From assembly GCA_963667175.2 (NCBI GenBank), contig CAXXXF010000003.1, positions 96,001 through 160,000 on the forward strand: a DNA stretch of 64,000 nucleotides, written 5' to 3'. The notes beneath the pieces are model-generated. The model was not told where the DNA came from, did no database searches, and was given only the letters and a program-made list of their open reading frames with translations. Made by a program: the position numbers and the translations under genes. This DNA comes from Candidatus Latescibacterota bacterium. GTDB lineage: Bacteria; Latescibacterota; UBA2968; GCA-2709665. Shown in pieces: positions 57,003 through 64,000 of this stretch. How positions within the stretch are numbered: the stretch's first letter is position 1; each line of letters opens with the position of its first letter.

Positions 57003-60000
57003 ATGCGTATTCCACCGGTTTACACGGAACTGAAGGATCTCAATCTCGACACGGAACTGGTTCGAAACGGCCGGCCGAACGTAACGATCGTGACGCCGGA
57101 AGGCGGGGTCTACGCCGGTCCGGCGGAACGAATTCAGGCGGCGATTCAGGCGCGGACCGGCGCGCGGACGCCCATTGAAGACGACACGTCCCCGGCGGGC
57201 GCCGCGCCGTTTTCAGGGCATGTGATCGTCCTCGGAAACCGGTCCAGCAGCCGTACGATCGAAGCGCTCTACAACCAGTACTTCACGCTGCTGGACCTGC
57301 GATATCCCGGTCCCGGCGGGTACGAGGTCCGGTCGCTGCACAATCCGTACGGCAATGGATTTAATGTGATCTTCGCGGGTGGCAGCGATGAGAGGGGCGT
57401 GGCCGCGGCGGCGGACGTGCTGGCAGGGAAGGTGTTGGACGCCAACGAAGACGGTGGCGGGCTTTCGCTGGGCTGGCTGATGGAGATCCAACTGGGGCGG
57501 GGGATCCGGGTTCCCGGGGACCTCCGTGAATTTGAGACGTGGGAGGCCTCGGCGGGATACGGGTCGGTTGGATATTTCGGGTGGAACAGCATCAGCAAGC
57601 GAATGGCGATGTACTACATGACCGGAGACGCCTTTCACGCGCGGGAAGCTCTCCGGCTGGCCTTTCCGGACGACCGGGCGATGGCGGAGATCACTGATAT
57701 CGACGGGGAGCGGATCGAGAACAAGGACGAGCCGCTCAGCGGACCCTACCACTATAACGCGCACATGATGATTCTGTATTGGGACCTGATCGAGGAGAGC
57801 CCGGTTTTTTCGGACGCTGAGCGGCTGCGGGTCACGAACGCCTTCGCCGCGCAATTCGGCCACGCGCAGGACCAGGGCGCGAGGCGGCGGGTGGTGGAGA
57901 ACGTGCAGCAGGGCGCGAGGGGTTTCGGAGACCCGCCGCAAAGCGTGGGGTCGCGGCACGGACAGTGGTCCGCGATTTCGCTCTACTGCCTTGGACGATA
58001 CTTTCAGACCGGCTATCCGAGCGCACTCTGGGAGCAATCCATGGAGGCGGCCAGATGGCATTTCGCATCGCTGCACCGCCACGCCTGGGTGGACGGGGAA
58101 CACGACAACCTGTTCTGGTACAATACGGGCATGGCCCCTGTCCTGAGTTATATGCTGATCACTGGCGACCGGACGCCCATGGAGAACGGCGTGATGACCA
58201 CCCTGCTTCGCGGGCAGGAGATCCTCGCCTCGGGACGCGAACCCGACTGGGCCCTGAACTCCGCGTCCATCGGGCTTCTCAACAAGGCCGCCTATCTCAC
58301 GGGTGACGGCCGTTACCGCGAATATCTGCGACGGACGGGGATGGACCTGGATATCTTTCGGCTGGGACAATCCTTCTGGCCTGAAGACGATATCGAGCCC
58401 ACGCTGCCGGCGGACCTGGTGAACAGGTGGTCCATCCATCCGATCCCCGAACCGATGTGGCGGCAACGCGACAGCGGGTTGCCCCTGGAAAACTCCTTCC
58501 TGTTCGGCAGCTTTCGAAGCGCGGCCGATTCAACGGGAGATTTCATCCTGGTGAAGGGGATGAACGGCGCGTCCCGAAACGCGTACCATACCTTTGTGGT
58601 TCTGGAACTGCGACTGGATGGAAATACGCTGCTGGAAGGCTATCTGAACCAGGTGCTGACCCGTTCGGAAGGAACGGTGGAACCGGTGGTGGCGATGGAT
58701 TCCGCGCTGAAGTACCGGGACGTGGTCGGGGGGACCGCCGTTATCGAAGCCGAGGCGCCGAGGGCGGCGTTTTGCACGTGGCGCAGGACACTGGCTCAGC
58801 GGGTGGGTCGGTACGCGCTGTTCGTGGACCACCTGACCTTCCGCGAAGACAGCGAGGAACTGGAGGTGGAGGTGTTGTGGCAGGGCAAGGGCGCTTGGGA
58901 GGCGCTGCCGGACGGCGGCGCCGTGCGACTCGGGGACATGGCGCAAGTCCGTACGTCGGATCCGGTGGAGACCGTCGTATCGGACGGCCAGGCGCGTATG
59001 GTCTGGCGGGGACGGGTAGAGGAGGGAGACGAGCGATACGCCTTTTCGCTGCTGGCAGGGAACGGGACGACGTGCGCGCGTTTGACCGAAAATGCCGCCG
59101 CACTCGCGCTTCCGGAGCCGGCCGTGGCCGTTGCGGGCGAGTACGAAGGACTCAATGGCGACCTGGTCGTGCTGGCTGGAAGCCACCTGCACGGCGTCAA
59201 CCTCATCGGGGCTGCGCTTGGCGCACCCCTGTTCCACGCGAGCGCGCCCGTGCAGATCGACTGGGACTTTCGAAGCGGCGTCCTCGAGGTGGTTGCGGGT
59301 GAGGAGACGGAGATCCGGCTTGCCGTTGCCGATCCGAGTGCGGTCCGCGTCGGCGGAGGCGTCCCAGGTAAGGGGCAGAATGGCTCGGGCGCTATAGATT
59401 TCGTCGTCCAGGCAGGGCGGCATTCGGTATCCGGCGCGGCGCCCGAACCGGCCGCGCTCGCAAGGGCGACGGCGCGGCTCGAGCGCCTTCTGGAGCAGGG
59501 CCGGGATGCCAGACGGCAAGCCGCGGCTGCGCCATCGCCCGTTCTTCCGGATATTCCGTCCCTGCCGTCGGCATTCGCGACCGGCGTGAGTGGCGCCGTG
59601 GTGGACCTGGTCGCGGTTGATTCGGGCGGGCAAACGCTGATCTGCGCGGCAGAAGCACAAAACGTGCACGTCCTGTCGCAGGAGGGAGATATCCGCAGGA
59701 CCCTGCGGACGGATGGTCCCATCCGTCTGCTTCACTGGTGGGGCGAGCACAATCTGATCCTGGCGGGATGCGTGGACGAAAAAGTCATCGCGTTCGATCC
59801 GCATACGGGGGTTCGGAAGTGGGCGTTCACGTCGGAAGAAGACCCGGCCGTGTTCCGGGCCGCAAAACCGTACTGGTTCAAGACCGCGCCGGGGCACGCG
59901 GGCGTCCACGGACTCCATTCCGGCGGTTTTCTGGACGGGAAAAGCCAGGCATTCGTAGGCAGCGCCTGCACGCTCGAGATACTGGATGAGGACGGGAATC

Positions 60001-60719
60001 TCGTGAAGCGGCTTCCGGTGTTCTGGGGGCCGGGTTCCCGGTTCGCCCTGATCGACGGTCCTGAAGGAAGTATCGATCTGCTGATCGCGCGGCAGCCCAC
60101 GGACTCGCACGCGATGGCGGTTGTGAACAACCGCGAGCTGGATCCGAAGCAGCGCAGCTTCCGCGACGTGCCCGAGGGCCACACGAATATCGGCGGGTGG
60201 GCGTGCATGAGCCGGAAGCACATTTTCTACGAGGACCTGGACGGGGACGGCAGGAAGGAAGTGGTGAGCGAGATCAATGGGACATGGAACCGCGTGACGG
60301 TGTGGACGGAAGACGGGCGCGCGCTGCACAACGTCCACCTGGGCCCGGGGGAGCGCATTCCCACGGACAATGTGCGGGACTTCGACGTTGTCGATCTGGG
60401 AGGAGACGGAAGGAAAACGCTCCTCGCGGCGCTTTCGGGCGGGCTCGTACTCGCCCTGAATCACCGATGCGAAAATGTCTGGTCCAGGCGGCTGCCTTCT
60501 CCGCCTGCGGTAATGGCGGCGGTCGGGGCCGGTGTTGACGCCAGGGTCGTGGCCGGCTGTGAAGACGGGACGCTGGTCGTCCTGGACGGCGGCGGAGACG
60601 TCGTCCAATCGGGCAGGACGAACGGGAGGCCGACCTGCATAGAGACTGTGGACGAGACCGTTGTTACGGCGACGGACCAGGGGGAGATCACGGCGTGGCG
60701 GATGGGCGCCCTCCGGTGA
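57003..60719 (+). CDS. Large lyase-fold + beta-propeller protein (paralog B, divergent)
   Basis: Shares YPG.GGY..R.LHNP.GNG.NV...G.SDE.G and WDLIEESPVFSD..RL with paralog A; C-terminal DLDGDGRKE repeats. Confidence 0.68.
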   Translation: MRIPPVYTELKDLNLDTELVRNGRPNVTIVTPEGGVYAGPAERIQAAIQARTGARTPIEDDTSPAGAAPFSGHVIVLGNRSSSRTIEALYNQYFTLLDLRYPGPGGYEVRSLHNPYGNGFNVIFAGGSDERGVAAAADVLAGKVLDANEDGGGLSLGWLMEIQLGRGIRVPGDLREFETWEASAGYGSVGYFGWNSISKRMAMYYMTGDAFHAREALRLAFPDDRAMAEITDIDGERIENKDEPLSGPYHYNAHMMILYWDLIEESPVFSDAERLRVTNAFAAQFGHAQDQGARRRVVENVQQGARGFGDPPQSVGSRHGQWSAISLYCLGRYFQTGYPSALWEQSMEAARWHFASLHRHAWVDGEHDNLFWYNTGMAPVLSYMLITGDRTPMENGVMTTLLRGQEILASGREPDWALNSASIGLLNKAAYLTGDGRYREYLRRTGMDLDIFRLGQSFWPEDDIEPTLPADLVNRWSIHPIPEPMWRQRDSGLPLENSFLFGSFRSAADSTGDFILVKGMNGASRNAYHTFVVLELRLDGNTLLEGYLNQVLTRSEGTVEPVVAMDSALKYRDVVGGTAVIEAEAPRAAFCTWRRTLAQRVGRYALFVDHLTFREDSEELEVEVLWQGKGAWEALPDGGAVRLGDMAQVRTSDPVETVVSDGQARMVWRGRVEEGDERYAFSLLAGNGTTCARLTENAAALALPEPAVAVAGEYEGLNGDLVVLAGSHLHGVNLIGAALGAPLFHASAPVQIDWDFRSGVLEVVAGEETEIRLAVADPSAVRVGGGVPGKGQNGSGAIDFVVQAGRHSVSGAAPEPAALARATARLERLLEQGRDARRQAAAAPSPVLPDIPSLPSAFATGVSGAVVDLVAVDSGGQTLICAAEAQNVHVLSQEGDIRRTLRTDGPIRLLHWWGEHNLILAGCVDEKVIAFDPHTGVRKWAFTSEEDPAVFRAAKPYWFKTAPGHAGVHGLHSGGFLDGKSQAFVGSACTLEILDEDGNLVKRLPVFWGPGSRFALIDGPEGSIDLLIARQPTDSHAMAVVNNRELDPKQRSFRDVPEGHTNIGGWACMSRKHIFYEDLDGDGRKEVVSEINGTWNRVTVWTEDGRALHNVHLGPGERIPTDNVRDFDVVDLGGDGRKTLLAALSGGLVLALNHRCENVWSRRLPSPPAVMAAVGAGVDARVVAGCEDGTLVVLDGGGDVVQSGRTNGRPTCIETVDETVVTATDQGEITAWRMGALR

Positions 60720-60744
60720 TCCCGACGCCGCGACGGAGGAAGAA

Positions 60745-63700
60745 ATGGACACGGATCGACGTTCGACCGGACTGAAAATCGACAAGTTAAAGCCGACGCG
60801 CCTGGAGACGGTGCTGGCGGCAGACGGCGAACCGGCAGGGAAGATCGTCATCGGGGATACTCCCGCGCACGAACGGCAGGCGGAGCGAATCGCGACAAGG
60901 ATTGAGGCGGCCACGGGCGCCCGTCTGCCCGTGGTCCGCGCCGGCGACGTGTCGGCTTCGAGTGGACTGCTCGATACGCACGTGGTTGCCCTTGGGAATA
61001 TGGCCGACAACCCGTTCATCCGCTGGCTGTATTACCAGTGGTGGGCCATTGAAGACCTCTGTTATCCCGGCGAGGAGGGCTATACGCTCCGGACGCTCCA
61101 CAACCTTCTGGGAAACGGGAGGAACGTTGTCCTTCTGGGCGCCAGTGACGAGGACGGGCTGGACCGGGCGGCGTCCCGGTTTCTTTCCCGGGTCGGTAAC
61201 GGCGAAACACTGCGTCTGGGGTGGCTGATGGACGTTGCGCCTGGTCCGGCCTTCGATTCGCTCACACGTCCGCCGGACGGGTGGCTCGACGAGCGGCGGG
61301 AGGACTACATCCGGCAGGTCAGCCAGCCGCATGCCTCTAAAGCCGGGGCGGGGCATGGGATGGTCACGGAGGCGGGAAGGCAGGGATTCGCGTATCACCG
61401 GACGGGGTTCGAGGTCTATGCGATGGCGCTCCGGGAGGCGGTGGATGCGCATCTGAAGATGGGGGAACACGGGGTAATGGCCCATTTCAACGTGTGGTGG
61501 CTGGCGGTGATCTGGGACCTGATCGAGGAGAGTCCGGTGTTTTCGGACGCGGACCGCCTGCGGATCACGGGTTATCTGCTGTGGTTGATGGATTCGCACG
61601 AAGGCGCGTATAACCGGTTTTTCCGTGAGGGCGTGGGTCACCGGATGGTGCGTCAGAACCACCAGACGCTGGTGGGCCTGTCGTCTTGGTTCGCGGGGCG
61701 TTACTTCGCGACGCACTACGGGATGCCGGAGGCGGAGGAGTGGCAGGCGGCGTCGGCGGACCTGTTCAAGGGGCAGGCGGCATCGTTCAAGCCCACCGAG
61801 GACGCGAATGCCTACCAGTGGACGACACTGGACCATCTCCTGACCTATACCCTGGCCAGCGGGGACGAGACGTACGTGGAAAACGGGAATTGCCGGCGGT
61901 CGCTGGACCAGGCCGTGTTGTACTGCAACAACCGGGGCGCCATGCCGCCGTTCGGAGACTCCGGGGGATGCCAGGTGCCGCCGCCCGCGAGTTTCCTGGT
62001 GAAGGCGGGGCACGTGCTGGGCGACGGACGCGCGGAGTTTCTGATTCGCACGCGGTCGGACCGGGTTTCGCTCATCCACGGATTCGAGAAATATTTCGGC
62101 GACGGCCTGGCGCCCGAAACGCCCTCGGACATGGCCGGCGTGCGGGTGCTGGAGGTCGCGAAGGGGTATTACGATTTCGCCGCCGACCCGAAAGCGCGCC
62201 CGTCGGAGGTGAAGCCGCTGAATCTGCCGCGCGAAGAGGCGTTCGACACCCTGTGTTTCCGCGAGGGATTCGACCGTGACGATCAGTACCTGATGCTGCA
62301 CGGCATTTCCTACGGGAACCACGGGCACGACGACGGAAACACCATCGTGGAGTTTTCCGCGAACGACCGTGTGTTCCTGGTGGATGCATCTTACACGGAG
62401 GGCCCCACCCTGAAACATCACAACGGGGTGACGGCGGTACGGAACGGAGAGCCGTGGGAGGTGCCCGCGCTGTGCCGGCTGGAGGGCCTGGCCGACCTGG
62501 AACGCGTGGGAATCAGCCGGTCGTCAATGGAGGGAGAATGGGGCGCGCGGTGGACGCGGAACGTGGTCTGGCGCAAGGGGCGCTTTTTCGTGATTGTCGA
62601 CGAAATCGAGGCGACGAAGGCCGGGACGTTCGCGCTTGAGTGCAACTGGCGCACGCTGGGGACGCCGTCGCTGGACGGGGACCGGCTGGAGGCCGTGCAA
62701 CGGGACCCGGACAGCGGGCGGGAGGACCGGTTTGTGCTGGAAGGCGTTGGCGGCGACCGGGTGACGATGGAACGCGACTGGGAGGCCTTCGGGCACTGGT
62801 GGAAGGAATATCCGTATTCGGACGATTTCGTGAATATCCTTCGGCAGTCCGTCAGTCGCGAGATGGCGGCGGGCGACCGGCACACGTTTATCAATCTTTT
62901 TTATGCGACGAATGACGCGAAACCGCTGGACGTCCGGATGCGGCGCGTCGGGGAGACCGCGGTCCTGATCGAGGGATCGGAGGGGCGGATGCTGGTTGGG
63001 ACGGGAGGACCGGACGGAGCTCTTGCGGCGGGGCCGATTTCGGGTGAAGCCGACGCCTACGTGATTGGAGAGGGCTGGTTCGCCCTGTGCGGAGGACGGC
63101 GGTTGTTGCGCGGAGAAACGACGCTTTTCGAATGCGACCGCCCGGTATCGGTTGAAGTCGATCTGGAATCGGGCGCCGGCGTCTCGGATACGAGGGAAAG
63201 CGCAGGCGCGACACTGTTCGGTCAGCGACGAACGCTTGCCGAAGGGAGACACCGTCTGAGCGTGCCGACCGAGGACGCCGATACCCCTCTCGATGGGATA
63301 TGGGACCTTCCCGAGTGGGAGACCGGCGCCGGGAGGCGCGTGCGCAGGGTTTCAGGTGCGGAATTGCGCAGCATCTGGTCGCACGACTTCGGGTCCGCTG
63401 TCCGATGCGCAGCGCGCCGCGGCGGCGGCTCGGTCGCAGGTACGCAGGACGGGCGCGTGATTGCGTTGACGCCGGAGGGAGATCCCGACTGGACCTTTCA
63501 GGCCGGGGACGCGGTACTTTCAGTGTGTGCGGCGGGGCGGCCCGGCGACGTTGACGCTCCGGTGGCGGTTGGGGCGAACGACCGACGCCTCACCTTCCTC
63601 GAGGGCGACGGCGTCGAGCGATGGTCCCACAGGTTCGAGATTTTCCGCGGCGGATGGGCATGGTATACCCGGAATTCCTCCGTCGAAGTGGTCAAAGCCG

Positions 63701-64000
63701 CGGACCTTCGCGGCACAGGACGGCCGGACGTCCTCGCCGCGGTCACGGACCGGCAACTCCACTGTTTCGACGCGGACGGCAACAAACGCTGGAATTTCTT
63801 CATCTACGGAATTTTCGATCCGTTCTGCCTTGCGGACGTGAACGGGGACGGCCTCCCCGAGGTGGTCGGCGGCCCGGGCAGGATTTCCTGCGGGGGGACC
63901 TGCTACGTGCTGGATGCGGATGGTGGGGAGATCGCCAGCAACGGGCTGGACGGGTGGCCGTCCATGCTGCCGGGATGCGACGTGTATCTTTACGGGAACG
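60745..64000 (+). CDS. Large heparinase II/III-like + beta-propeller protein (paralog C, close to A); runs off the window
   Basis: ATG 60745 after GGAGGA; MDTDRRSTGLKIDKLKPTRLET...GNMADNPFIRWLYYQWW...RQNHQT...EDANAYQW...NHGHDDGN; same frame at the window end; absent from the ORF track because it has no stop. Confidence 0.8.
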   Translation, partial: MDTDRRSTGLKIDKLKPTRLETVLAADGEPAGKIVIGDTPAHERQAERIATRIEAATGARLPVVRAGDVSASSGLLDTHVVALGNMADNPFIRWLYYQWWAIEDLCYPGEEGYTLRTLHNLLGNGRNVVLLGASDEDGLDRAASRFLSRVGNGETLRLGWLMDVAPGPAFDSLTRPPDGWLDERREDYIRQVSQPHASKAGAGHGMVTEAGRQGFAYHRTGFEVYAMALREAVDAHLKMGEHGVMAHFNVWWLAVIWDLIEESPVFSDADRLRITGYLLWLMDSHEGAYNRFFREGVGHRMVRQNHQTLVGLSSWFAGRYFATHYGMPEAEEWQAASADLFKGQAASFKPTEDANAYQWTTLDHLLTYTLASGDETYVENGNCRRSLDQAVLYCNNRGAMPPFGDSGGCQVPPPASFLVKAGHVLGDGRAEFLIRTRSDRVSLIHGFEKYFGDGLAPETPSDMAGVRVLEVAKGYYDFAADPKARPSEVKPLNLPREEAFDTLCFREGFDRDDQYLMLHGISYGNHGHDDGNTIVEFSANDRVFLVDASYTEGPTLKHHNGVTAVRNGEPWEVPALCRLEGLADLERVGISRSSMEGEWGARWTRNVVWRKGRFFVIVDEIEATKAGTFALECNWRTLGTPSLDGDRLEAVQRDPDSGREDRFVLEGVGGDRVTMERDWEAFGHWWKEYPYSDDFVNILRQSVSREMAAGDRHTFINLFYATNDAKPLDVRMRRVGETAVLIEGSEGRMLVGTGGPDGALAAGPISGEADAYVIGEGWFALCGGRRLLRGETTLFECDRPVSVEVDLESGAGVSDTRESAGATLFGQRRTLAEGRHRLSVPTEDADTPLDGIWDLPEWETGAGRRVRRVSGAELRSIWSHDFGSAVRCAARRGGGSVAGTQDGRVIALTPEGDPDWTFQAGDAVLSVCAAGRPGDVDAPVAVGANDRRLTFLEGDGVERWSHRFEIFRGGWAWYTRNSSVEVVKAADLRGTGRPDVLAAVTDRQLHCFDADGNKRWNFFIYGIFDPFCLADVNGDGLPEVVGGPGRISCGGTCYVLDADGGEIASNGLDGWPSMLPGCDVYLYGN

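Overview
GC-rich diderm bacterial DNA. Paired EF-hand/dockerin-like modules, a TonB receptor + CTD protein + PorV cassette, a GWxTD protein and DUF6785-type transporters suggest an FCB-superphylum lineage such as Latescibacterota (inference, no search run). Most of the window looks like a very large polysaccharide-utilisation-like locus without a SusD. A divergent AT-rich control region at about 11.14-11.99 kb separates two arms. The left arm (minus strand) encodes a heparinase II/III-like protein, a GNAT, two AAC(3)-family acetyltransferases, a Kelch protein, an M55 peptidase, phosphoesterases, an enoyl-CoA hydratase and a CaiC-like ligase. The right arm encodes an OMP, a TonB-dependent receptor, a T9SS-CTD-like protein, a PorV/PorQ-like barrel, two Cys-less FGE-fold proteins, TPR, ASPIC/UnbV and GWxTD proteins, an oxidoreductase and lyases. 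There are seven heparinase II/III-like proteins with diverged active-site motifs, three sharing an unusual architecture of about 1240 aa with a C-terminal beta-propeller. An uncharacterised inner-membrane module (two DUF6785-like permeases flanking a 1571-aa PA/M28 pseudo-peptidase-FtsX fusion, no ATPase nearby) sits among them. An accessory patch at 38.4-42.6 kb holds a darTG locus with an internally deleted toxin, an orphan DNA methyltransferase and several nested REP/MITE repeats. Three single-base homopolymer frameshifts are probably sequencing errors. No rRNA, tRNA, CRISPR array or intact transposase was seen.
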